A stretch of DNA of 27,922 nt. It comes from a virus. Its lineage: Duplodnaviria > Caudoviricetes. This document shows positions 1 through 7,740 of the stretch, one piece after another. Both the position numbers and the translations under genes were made by a program. How positions within the stretch are numbered: position 1 is the first letter of the stretch; each line of letters begins with the position of its first letter. Below the pieces are notes generated by a model that saw only the letters and a list, made by a program, of their open reading frames with translations, was not told where the DNA came from and did not search any database. The stretch spans positions 1-27,922 of IMG/VR virus record IMGVR_UViG_3300042541_000160, one strand, 5' to 3'.

Positions 1-125
1 CATAGAAAGTCATTGCTAGTTTCACCAGTCACGTTCAACCCTATTGATTTTAGGATTGACTTGATATGTGCTGGCGTGTACTGCGTGGTATCGACTTCCC
101 TTGCGTTATACCCTCTGATTGCCAT
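1..125 (-). CDS. Probable DNA primase N-terminus (truncated by window edge; not in ORF track)
   Basis: ATG at 125 opens MAIRGYNAREVDTTQYTPAHIKSILKSIGLNVTGETSNDFL, followed by a partial TG codon (likely Cys) at the edge. This resembles the lead-in to a CHC2 zinc finger, and it lies two genes downstream of the helicase. The zinc finger itself is outside the window. Confidence 0.5.
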   Translation of the reverse strand, partial: MAIRGYNAREVDTTQYTPAHIKSILKSIGLNVTGETSNDFL

Positions 126-352
126 GCCTTCTTCTTTCCCACATAAACACCATGAATGCTCATTAAGAACTTCCATGTCTCGCCCGTAAATTCTACCGAA
201 AAGGCAGGGTCTATGTCAAGTACCCTGACATATCCTTTACCTCTCATGTCATGAATTAATAAATTTTCATACTGCGGTCTTAAACTTATTAATTGAGAAT
301 TGTCATGAAACTGTACTTCAATTTGAAATCTTTTAATTTTTCGATGAGTCAT
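50..352 (-). CDS. Hypothetical protein (100 aa) between helicase and putative primase
   Basis: ORF overlaps the helicase end by 20 nt. It has a globular alpha/beta-like composition and no recognised motif. Confidence 0.7.
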   Translation of the reverse strand: MTHRKIKRFQIEVQFHDNSQLISLRPQYENLLIHDMRGKGYVRVLDIDPAFSVEFTGETWKFLMSIHGVYVGKKKAWQSEGITQGKSIPRSTRQHISSQS

Positions 353-1583
353 TATTTATAGATGGTAGGTTTTCATAAATCGGGGTAATAATACCTCGAT
401 TAATATCCCAATCGAGATAGAAATCAAAATCTTGGCCGTGACGATTCTTTCTTGAAACAACTTCAATCATATTAGTTCCTGGGTATCGGTGAATAGCCAT
501 AGCCATATCTGCATCATATTCAATCGCCTTTGACCAAGCAACTTGGCTCATCATTGGAGGATTCTCTTGATCTGAAATGTCATCTGCTGTGGCTGCAGTA
601 ATATCTATTACGGGGATGTTATTTGATACCGCAAGAAGTTTAAACTCACGAGAGATATTACGGTTACGCTCTACCTCAGAGTTACTTCTCTTATTGTCAT
701 TAAACAACTGGTGGTAATCAAGGATAACCAAGTCTGGCTTATGCTGATCAATCTTACCCTGAATGGTTGCAGGTGTTACCTCTGCCGTTCCCTCATTAGA
801 AACTAGAACGAAAGAACTCTTACCTTCAAACTTCTTTTTACCCCAAGACTTAAATGTATCTAGGTCGATATCACCTTTTGACAAATCGCTGGCACGGAAT
901 AAACCAGAGCCAAGCATTGTATAAATACGGTCACGCATATTTTCTGGAGACATTTCAAGAGATACAATCATTGGCTTAAAGCCTTGCTCCCAAGCCTTAC
1001 ACGCTAGGTATGAGGTAAACCATGTCTTACCCTTTCCTGGCCAACCAATAGCAACAATTAAATGTCCTGGAGCCATACCTGTAGGATAGGCAGCATCGAT
1101 TGCTTCAAAGCCTGTTAGGATTCCTGGGCTTCCTCCCATTGCTGCAGAACGTTCTTTAACTGAAAGAAAATGATTCTCTGCTGCTTCTAAATCAATAACA
1201 TCTACGTCACGAACATTGTTTGTAAACTTTGTTAGGGATGCAAGCTTCATTTGCATTTCTGCAAGTACACGGGCTGCTGCATCTTCTTTTAATGCTGATC
1301 CAGATTGAATAAGAATTGATTTCAATCTACTAGAAAGATATTCATTCTTAAGTTTATCTAAATAATAACCAGTCTCTCCCTTAGTGGCAACTGGCTCAAA
1401 GTCTTTGAAACGCTCTACTAATATTCCTACTTCTGGGACAGCCTTAAATTTATAGTAATATGACTTTAAAGAATTCCAAATGTCACGGTGTGATGTAAAG
1501 ATATCGTCTACGTTATCTGCAAGCAGTGTACTGATATCTTTATTCTTACATACTGCAGAGATTAGTTCCGCCTCTGTATTCAT
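333..1583 (-). CDS. dnaB: Replicative DnaB-like (SF4) DNA helicase
   Basis: Walker A GWPGKGKT, H1a SLEMS, Walker B VILDYHQL, IEYDAD and SRKNRHG (Arg finger) motifs. N-terminus MNTEAELISAV is DnaB-like. Confidence 0.93.
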   Translation of the reverse strand: MNTEAELISAVCKNKDISTLLADNVDDIFTSHRDIWNSLKSYYYKFKAVPEVGILVERFKDFEPVATKGETGYYLDKLKNEYLSSRLKSILIQSGSALKEDAAARVLAEMQMKLASLTKFTNNVRDVDVIDLEAAENHFLSVKERSAAMGGSPGILTGFEAIDAAYPTGMAPGHLIVAIGWPGKGKTWFTSYLACKAWEQGFKPMIVSLEMSPENMRDRIYTMLGSGLFRASDLSKGDIDLDTFKSWGKKKFEGKSSFVLVSNEGTAEVTPATIQGKIDQHKPDLVILDYHQLFNDNKRSNSEVERNRNISREFKLLAVSNNIPVIDITAATADDISDQENPPMMSQVAWSKAIEYDADMAMAIHRYPGTNMIEVVSRKNRHGQDFDFYLDWDINRGIITPIYENLPSINNDSSKN

Positions 1584-1897
1584 TTATCTCCCTCAACCAT
1601 TCTCTTTGTTTCTTCTCTTAAGATACTCCTGTGTAGTTTATCTTTTTCCGTATCGTGCTGAACCCTATCAATCTTATCAAAATTATAATAAAAGAATTGT
1701 AGAGGGTGCCCATACTTAGATGTTTTAAAATAGTATATCAAAAGCTGTTTGGCTCTTTCAAATCCTACACTATCTATAACATCCTGCATAGCCCACTTTT
1801 CTCTAAACTTATTTAGCCTAGGCTTCTTATTATATTTCTCTAAGTAAAGAGATTCATATAAACCAATTAAAACATATGGCTGTTTTTCATTTGCCAT
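1580..1897 (-). CDS. Hypothetical protein (105 aa), possibly replication accessory
   Basis: ATGA overlap with the helicase start. Predicted helical and aromatic/basic-rich. Function inferred from position only. Confidence 0.7.
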   Translation of the reverse strand: MANEKQPYVLIGLYESLYLEKYNKKPRLNKFREKWAMQDVIDSVGFERAKQLLIYYFKTSKYGHPLQFFYYNFDKIDRVQHDTEKDKLHRSILREETKRMVEGDK

Positions 1898-2093
1898 TCT
1901 TTAATTCCTTTTCGACTTCACGAGTCTTTTCAATAAGCTTGTTCTCTACAAAGGCGTATACTCTTTCGGTAGCCGTCTCTACATTTTCACCTTTACGAAC
2001 ATCGTCTTCAACGCCAACATTAATTCTAATGCTTTCGTAATTTCCGAGGTTACGTGTAAAAGATAGGTCTACTTTAACTCTTGTTTCTGCCAT
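1887..2093 (-). CDS. Small phage protein (68 aa)
   Basis: Start reassigned to ATG 2093 (TAATG overlap with the upstream stop). Sequence begins MAETRVKVDLSFTRNLGNYESIRINVGVED and ends in a helix. Confidence 0.75.
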   Translation of the reverse strand: MAETRVKVDLSFTRNLGNYESIRINVGVEDDVRKGENVETATERVYAFVENKLIEKTREVEKELKNGK

Positions 2094-2575
2094 TACTCCG
2101 CCTTCCATACAGGTACAAATTTACCGTCATCGGTCTTAGTATACAATATTAAGTTGTGTTTGAGAATAGCCTGCAATTCTGATCTTGAAGGCAGGTCTCT
2201 GATATGTCCAGCATCAATAATAAATTGATGAATGTCCAGAATGTCCGATTCGCTAAACATATACTTAGACCAACTGCTGTCTGGATTACTAATTGGATAT
2301 ACTTTTTGAGGTTGCTTTACCTTACCCTGCAAAATATATTCTTCTATAGTAACTCTGTGTCTGCCTAGAATTTTACTTACTTCTACAATTCCATAAGCCC
2401 GTTCCATATGCTTGTCTACCTGTGCATATGAGTACATGACTCTTTTGCTGTCTAAGTAGGACCACGCAATAACTTCATCCTTAGCTCTTGATAAACGAAG
2501 TACTTTATGTACTTTCCCGTTTAAGAAGAAATAGACGAATTTTTTGCGTAGTCTCTGTCTGTTTTCTCTAGCCAT
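2093..2575 (-). CDS. Helix-turn-helix DNA-binding protein (MerR/excisionase-like HTH)
   Basis: YGIVEVSKILGRHRVTIEEYILQGKVKQP followed by YMFSESDI fits a winged HTH of the MerR/Xis type. Confidence 0.7.
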   Translation of the reverse strand: MARENRQRLRKKFVYFFLNGKVHKVLRLSRAKDEVIAWSYLDSKRVMYSYAQVDKHMERAYGIVEVSKILGRHRVTIEEYILQGKVKQPQKVYPISNPDSSWSKYMFSESDILDIHQFIIDAGHIRDLPSRSELQAILKHNLILYTKTDDGKFVPVWKAE

Positions 2576-2709
2576 TTACCAAACGCACTTGTTTCTTTGT
2601 TAATCATCCATCGCTTACCGCAAAGGATGCAAAATAGTTCTGTATGTAATTTTTGAGAGAATACTCTATCAACAAATACTCTACCATTACACTTTTGACA
2701 TTTCATCAT
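2521..2709 (-). CDS. Small zinc-ribbon protein (62 aa)
   Basis: CQKC...CILC double CxxC. Start reassigned to ATG 2709 (ATGA overlap with the phosphoesterase stop). Confidence 0.75.
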   Translation of the reverse strand: MMKCQKCNGRVFVDRVFSQKLHTELFCILCGKRWMINKETSAFGKWLEKTDRDYAKNSSISS

Positions 2710-3506
2710 AGAGAGAATGTCTTTCCGTCCACGACGCATGAGTAGTCTGGAGCAATATGGATCATCTGAATATGTGGGTAATCATTTACAATATGGGCAA
2801 TTGCAAAACCCTTTTGCCAATCATGATGTTGGGTATATTTCATTCCTGGTCCCTTTTCATCACACATGTGGCCAATCTCATATCCACGAAGTGTTTCTCC
2901 TTCGCCACCGTTTCTAAGTTCATACGTTACCATATGTGAAGCAATTCTGTGAGAGTGTCCTCTAATTAAAGATACCTGTAAGTCTTCCATGTCTTTACGA
3001 ACAGAACCAGTTGCTGCAATAGAGATTCCGTGGTGTACGTGAACGTCACCAAAACGGCGCTTAGGCAATGAGTCATAATAAATATAATCATAACCTAGAG
3101 AGTCTAATGACCATAGTGATTCTGGGGTAACGTCCTTTGCATAATCTGGAAGCTTCTTATCTATGTAATCAAAGATACGTATGTCGTGGTTTCCTAATGC
3201 TGAAAACAATTGTGCATCTGGAAGCATCTCACGAGTCTTGGCATAAAAGTCTCTTGCACCTTTTGCTTCATGTCTCATCATAGGAACAATTAAATCACGG
3301 CTATCGTCTTTATGAAGTTGAAGAAACTCTGCAGATCTTCCCTCTGTATATTTACTGTAGCAAGCCTGATCGTCCGTGTCCCCTAGATAATCTACTACAT
3401 CTGGCTTAAACCATTTCATGACCTTAAACCATAGCGCAATCATCTTATCATCTTGATAAGGGAACTGCTGATCGGATGACAACATCCATTTTAAATCGTT
3501 TGTCAT
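2706..3506 (-). CDS. Calcineurin-like metallophosphoesterase
   Basis: Motifs SDQQ (variant of DxH), GDTDD, GNHD, HHG and GHSH occur in canonical order. Confidence 0.88.
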   Translation of the reverse strand: MTNDLKWMLSSDQQFPYQDDKMIALWFKVMKWFKPDVVDYLGDTDDQACYSKYTEGRSAEFLQLHKDDSRDLIVPMMRHEAKGARDFYAKTREMLPDAQLFSALGNHDIRIFDYIDKKLPDYAKDVTPESLWSLDSLGYDYIYYDSLPKRRFGDVHVHHGISIAATGSVRKDMEDLQVSLIRGHSHRIASHMVTYELRNGGEGETLRGYEIGHMCDEKGPGMKYTQHHDWQKGFAIAHIVNDYPHIQMIHIAPDYSCVVDGKTFSL

Positions 3507-3521
3507 TTAACTTCCCTGCGT

Positions 3522-3546
3522 AAAAAAGGGTCACGGAGTCGTGACC
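3522..3546 (-). terminator. Intrinsic terminator-like hairpin
   Basis: Minus strand reads GGTCACG-ACTC-CGTGACC-C-TTTTTT: a 7-bp perfect stem, a 4-nt loop and a U-tract. Confidence 0.75.
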
Positions 3547-3560
3547 TTGATATTATCTAA

Positions 3561-3588
3561 ATTGTAGCATATTTAGCCAGACTGTCAA
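3561..3588 (-). promoter_or_regulatory. Sigma70/SigA-type promoter with extended -10
   Basis: TTGACA (3588-3583), 16-nt spacer ending TGC, then TACAAT (3566-3561). Confidence 0.75.
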
Positions 3589-4004
3589 TAGGTTATGGCT
3601 ATATAGTTAATTCCTATTTGCGGTGTAGTCTTTGCGGTATATGCGCTTTCTAATGCAGAGACCACGTATTTAAATCCATTTTCTGATACAGAGTTGCTTA
3701 AAACTCTCACACTCATCACATGTGAAGACTCTCCACCTCTCATAGAAATAACTACGATTGGTTTTTTAGTAAATGTTTTTTTAAATGTGTACTCATGAGT
3801 TTTTTTAGAAGTGCTAACACTAACTCCAGAAATTTCTCCAGCCTCTATTTCTGGTCCAGTAGATATAGTAGTTGTGCTGCCATCTATACTAATGTTTGTA
3901 TTGCTTCCACCAAAGGTAGGAATTTTTGATTCCAATTGATTTAATTTAGTTTCCAATGCGCCAAGCTTGGCTGCATCAATCGGTTCTCCGTCTACAAATG
4001 GCAT
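3585..4004 (-). CDS. Small tail fibre / receptor-binding-like protein
   Basis: N-terminus MPFVDGEPIDAAKLGALE plus a short coiled coil. C-terminal beta domain TFKKTFTKKPIVV...SENGF...INYIAI resembles gp53/H-type-lectin-like fibre tips. Confidence 0.55.
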   Translation of the reverse strand: MPFVDGEPIDAAKLGALETKLNQLESKIPTFGGSNTNISIDGSTTTISTGPEIEAGEISGVSVSTSKKTHEYTFKKTFTKKPIVVISMRGGESSHVMSVRVLSNSVSENGFKYVVSALESAYTAKTTPQIGINYIAITY

Positions 4005-4402
4005 TATATGTTTTCTCCTAAATCGTGTGCCGAGATTTCTTTTTCAGATACCTCGATCATTTTTGACCTATCTAGACCATATCGATTAAACGAATCTGGG
4101 TCTACAATGTGTCTTAGTTTATTCTGTGATACTAGATACATTTTACCATCTGCAACACTCTTAATCAAGGTGCCGTCTCGAAAGCCTAATTTACCTACTA
4201 GTTTAATTCCTGATAATGCCGCCTCAGTTGCCAATACCGTAGTAAAGCACCAAGACTGGGCGGCCCTGTCTGAAATCAATCTGTATCTCTTTCCGTCTTT
4301 AATCCAATATGTATCTTTATCTGTTTTAACAGAAATACCTGAAGGAAAATTAGTTGGCTGTGATATCGTTAAGGTGGGTTTCGTATTCTTTAATAGCCTC
4401 AA
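4004..4402 (-). CDS. Two-repeat protein (132 aa), possibly cell-envelope binding
   Basis: Start reassigned to TTG 4402 (GAGG 6 nt upstream), which reduces the overlap with the upstream gene. Two ~55-aa repeats: FPSGISVK..TYWIKDGKRYRLIS and FRDGTLIK..MYLVSQNKLRHIVD. Confidence 0.65.
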   Translation of the reverse strand: MRLLKNTKPTLTISQPTNFPSGISVKTDKDTYWIKDGKRYRLISDRAAQSWCFTTVLATEAALSGIKLVGKLGFRDGTLIKSVADGKMYLVSQNKLRHIVDPDSFNRYGLDRSKMIEVSEKEISAHDLGENI

Positions 4403-4535
4403 CCTTAGCCTCTTTTTCTTCCATAAGCTTTGTAATTTCTGCCCTAAGTATTGCAATTTGAGTTTCATAACTTGATACGATTTCTCCTATACGCTGTTGT
4501 AGGGCGGTGATAATTAATTCTGCTTTCTCTGCCAA
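4350..4535 (-). CDS. Small coiled-coil protein (61 aa)
   Basis: TTG start 1 nt after the previous stop. Heptad pattern present. Confidence 0.7.
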   Translation of the reverse strand: MAEKAELIITALQQRIGEIVSSYETQIAILRAEITKLMEEKEAKVEAIKEYETHLNDITAN

Positions 4536-4536
4536 T

Positions 4537-4761
4537 TTATGCCTCTTCTACTGGATACTTGTCTAACTCTGTCTGCAGTACTGCAATCTGAGCGACTATT
4601 TCAGCAACTGAAGAATTCAACGCTGAAACTGATGCTGCCGAAGGGGTAACTTTAGCATTCTCAATAATAATATCTAGATCTAGATTATATTTGGTATAAG
4701 CTAGATTTTTCATCTTAGAGTTAATAATAGTAACTCTATCTGAATTTGTTAATGTTGTCAT
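4537..4761 (-). CDS. Small helical-hairpin protein (74 aa), possible fibre chaperone
   Basis: Strong RBS GAGGAGG and its own promoter. Two amphipathic helices. Confidence 0.75.
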   Translation of the reverse strand: MTTLTNSDRVTIINSKMKNLAYTKYNLDLDIIIENAKVTPSAASVSALNSSVAEIVAQIAVLQTELDKYPVEEA

Positions 4762-4778
4762 TTTGTTCCTCCTCTCAT

Positions 4779-4806
4779 ATTATAGCATTTCAAGTAAATT
4801 AGTCAA
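4779..4806 (-). promoter_or_regulatory. Sigma70/SigA-type promoter with extended -10
   Basis: TTGACT (4806-4801), 16-nt spacer ending TGC, TATAAT (4784-4779), then GAGGAGG and ATG 4761. Confidence 0.78.
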
Positions 4807-4941
4807 TACCTGAATTTGAGCCTGTAAGTCTTCTAAAGACTCTCCAGAATCCTCTTCTGTTCCTATTAAATTAATTCTACCATTTAAAGATTTAATTCTA
4901 GAGTTAATCAAATACTCTTTATATACTTTTTGTATTTCCAT
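4780..4941 (-). CDS. Small helical-hairpin protein (53 aa)
   Basis: Start reassigned to ATG 4941, 1 nt after the stop of the 930-aa gene. Resembles the neighbouring 74-aa protein. Confidence 0.65.
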   Translation of the reverse strand: MEIQKVYKEYLINSRIKSLNGRINLIGTEEDSGESLEDLQAQIQVLTNLLEML

Positions 4942-4942
4942 A

Positions 4943-7735
4943 TTAGATCCATCCCGTCCATGTTCCAAAATATGTTGTTCCATTGGTACCTAGCATTCTT
5001 ACTCTAGCACGGGCAAATCTGGCTGATGAGCTATAAGATATATCTCCATCTGAAGTTCCACATCGAAAAGCCCAAACAGTTCCTCCTCCAGAATAAGGAT
5101 AAGATCCCGCTCCTGGGTAGGCCCTTGTGCCAGAAGCAAGAAGGGTGCCTCCTCCAGCTGTTGTTCTAATTTCAAAATCCATTCCAGTTATTGATCCTGA
5201 TCCAGAAATTGATGGATAATCTGTGTACCATCTAAGTATTGAAGATCCAGTAATTCTCTGAAAGTTTCCACCCGATGTCCATGAAGGTGCTGGTGAAGTT
5301 GGTACTACAAATACTGCGTTCCAAATTGCTGTTGCTGTTGCATCGGCAGCACCAAATGTGTAAGATGATGATCCTGAATATGTAGTTCCTCCAATATTCC
5401 ATCCACCAAATGTGAATCCAGATCTAGTTCCAGCATTTGCAGCCAATGTTATTGAAGAACCTTGAGCTCCAGTCTGAGTTGTTGGAGTACTTGATCCACC
5501 GTTTGCAGAATAGTTAAGGCTATAAGTAACAACTGTAGCAGAAGTTCCAGTGGCAGTTGCGTTAGTGCTATTATATCCAGAAACAGATTTAGTAACTATG
5601 ACTGAAGTGGTAGTGTTAGAGCCCAAGCCTGTTACTGTTACTTGTCCAGTTGATGAGTTTACAGTGCCAGTTCCCGAAGACAGGGAGTAAGAAGCGCCTG
5701 ATTGTGTTCCAGAATTCACTGAGGCTGTCCAGCCTCCAGCTGCTGATGTTGCTGTTCCATATGAAAATGAAACTGCATCTGCATTAGCAGAAGTAATCTG
5801 ATTACTGTAAAAATAATACGTTGTTCCATTAGTTCCAACTACTGTGTCTCTTACTGAAAAAACATAAGGAGTTCCTGCTGGATCTGTTGTTGTTAATGTA
5901 TATGGATTTGCTGTTCTAAATGATGATAATGTATTTCCTGACGGAGACACAAGGTTTGATGTATTTGTAGAATAAAGTAGTACGGATGTTACTGATGCCG
6001 CATTATTATAAGTTCCAGCAGACCAAGTAATGCTATCAAGATACTTAACTATTGAGGTAGAACCAGTACTTGTTGCCGTTGCTGTTGGTGCAGAGTTTTG
6101 TGAAACAGCTGAAGATGTTACGGTAAATGGAAATCCAGCACTCCAAGAGCTTGCTACTGTTGACGGACCTACACTAGTTTCTCCAGTAGATGCAACAGAT
6201 CTAACATACATATAGTATGTAGAGCCTGCAGAAGATGGACCCGTTGAGTCCGTTACTGGACTAGAAGAACCTGATCCGTCTGGTGTATATTGTACAGTTG
6301 TTGACAATGATGAAGCCGTTGTCCAATATATTTGATAAGCTGGACCAGATCCACCAGTAAAAAAAGCACTTACTGGGGCCCCTTCAAGACCAGAACTTAC
6401 AGATGTAATTGTTGGTGCAGTTAAAATTGGAGCTTGTTGATTTGCAGATGTAACCACAGATGTAAAGCTATCATCTATATCAGAAGTTGTAATATCTTTC
6501 CATAATGTATCTGATATTGAAGTCCAGCTTGCTGCAGAAGTACTTGCTAAAGTTCCATTAAAATATACTCTTAGAACTGATCCTGCAGTCCAGGCAAATG
6601 GGCCAACAATTCCTGTTCCTCCATTTAGACCATTTGAGTAGTAACCTGGATTGTCTATGTATGTAGGAACGCTGCTGCCTTTTCTTACTAAATAAACATC
6701 GCAATACGGCTGTCCTGTATAAAATTTAATTTGATAATCTAAAGCATTTATTGCAGATCGTACAAGAGGTGACTGGTACCTATATGCTCTAAAATATAAA
6801 TGATAGTTGCTGCTATCAGAATACTCTTGAAGTCTGTATTGAACTAAATCTTCATTCCATATATTAATATTTCTTCCATTGCCCGCTGTTCCAGCTACGC
6901 TTCCGCCATTATCTAAACCTATGTAACCATTAGACCCAACGTATAAAGTATTTCCAAAGGAGAAGGAGTATGTGGTTGTAACGGTTCCAGAGGTTGTATA
7001 TCCACTTGTTGCTGATCCTCCAGTATTTGTTCCAGTAACCCTAACACGAATTTGTTGATTTAAATCTGCATTAACAATCAAATATGTGTTTTGGTTTATA
7101 CCATTTAAAGCGGTAGATTGAATAATTGTTCCGTTTGCGTAACTCCATTCATACTCAAAGGTGTCTGGGTATGTATCGTCTGTATTAGTTGTTGTACTTT
7201 TCCATGAACCAATTTGTTCAAGTGCTGTCAATGTTGCACCTACTATTGGAGTGCCAGAAAAAGTGTATGGCAGTAAAGATACTGGTGCGTATTTACTTAT
7301 ATATATTTCATTTGATACTGCTATATTATTACCTACAGCATTAGTTGCTGTTACTTGACAGACTACATATTTCCCATTATCGCTAGATGTTGTTACATAA
7401 GTACTAGATGTTGCTCCAGATATGTTTGAGTAAGATGTTGGTAAACCTCCACCAGATGGAGGGGTTCCTCTTCTCCATTGTCTAGCATAAGATGTAGGAG
7501 TATTAGTCCAGGTTCCCAGGTTTGTATTTGTTAATGTTCCAAATAAGTATCCGCTTCCAGTTATTGTTGGGGGTACGGTATTGCCTGGTATTTTTGCTGC
7601 TGCAAAAACTTTTACCCAGCTCCCACTTGTTTTTCTAAATACATTTAAAACCTCAGTCCATGCGCCATTTCTTTTATGAAATATTGATTTGACTTCCGTC
7701 CAAGAACCGCTTCTTCTATGAAATACTTTAGGCAT
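4943..7735 (-). CDS. Large multidomain tail fibre/adhesin (Ig-like repeats, InlB B-repeat-like domain)
   Basis: Three N-terminal 14-aa Trp repeats and two Ig-like repeats (PTITG..GTLT..GTW..YQW..GATSSTY..D.GK.V.C.VTATN type). YSLNYSANGG..RSGFTFGGWN..ATAIW matches a Listeria-Bacteroides (Flg_new) repeat. The protein is S/T/G-rich. Confidence 0.75.
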   Translation of the reverse strand: MPKVFHRRSGSWTEVKSIFHKRNGAWTEVLNVFRKTSGSWVKVFAAAKIPGNTVPPTITGSGYLFGTLTNTNLGTWTNTPTSYARQWRRGTPPSGGGLPTSYSNISGATSSTYVTTSSDNGKYVVCQVTATNAVGNNIAVSNEIYISKYAPVSLLPYTFSGTPIVGATLTALEQIGSWKSTTTNTDDTYPDTFEYEWSYANGTIIQSTALNGINQNTYLIVNADLNQQIRVRVTGTNTGGSATSGYTTSGTVTTTYSFSFGNTLYVGSNGYIGLDNGGSVAGTAGNGRNINIWNEDLVQYRLQEYSDSSNYHLYFRAYRYQSPLVRSAINALDYQIKFYTGQPYCDVYLVRKGSSVPTYIDNPGYYSNGLNGGTGIVGPFAWTAGSVLRVYFNGTLASTSAASWTSISDTLWKDITTSDIDDSFTSVVTSANQQAPILTAPTITSVSSGLEGAPVSAFFTGGSGPAYQIYWTTASSLSTTVQYTPDGSGSSSPVTDSTGPSSAGSTYYMYVRSVASTGETSVGPSTVASSWSAGFPFTVTSSAVSQNSAPTATATSTGSTSIVKYLDSITWSAGTYNNAASVTSVLLYSTNTSNLVSPSGNTLSSFRTANPYTLTTTDPAGTPYVFSVRDTVVGTNGTTYYFYSNQITSANADAVSFSYGTATSAAGGWTASVNSGTQSGASYSLSSGTGTVNSSTGQVTVTGLGSNTTTSVIVTKSVSGYNSTNATATGTSATVVTYSLNYSANGGSSTPTTQTGAQGSSITLAANAGTRSGFTFGGWNIGGTTYSGSSSYTFGAADATATAIWNAVFVVPTSPAPSWTSGGNFQRITGSSILRWYTDYPSISGSGSITGMDFEIRTTAGGGTLLASGTRAYPGAGSYPYSGGGTVWAFRCGTSDGDISYSSSARFARARVRMLGTNGTTYFGTWTGWI

Positions 7736-7740
7736 TTATA

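Noticed and set aside
4350-4468. Possible +1 frameshift fusing the 61-aa ORF to the repeat protein
   Set aside because: A TTG at 4402 with a well-spaced GAGG accounts for the downstream gene without recoding.
4008-4475. 155-aa plus-strand ORF and the other plus-strand ORFs in the track
   Set aside because: They are antisense shadows of well-supported minus-strand genes, with no recognisable motifs or expression signals.
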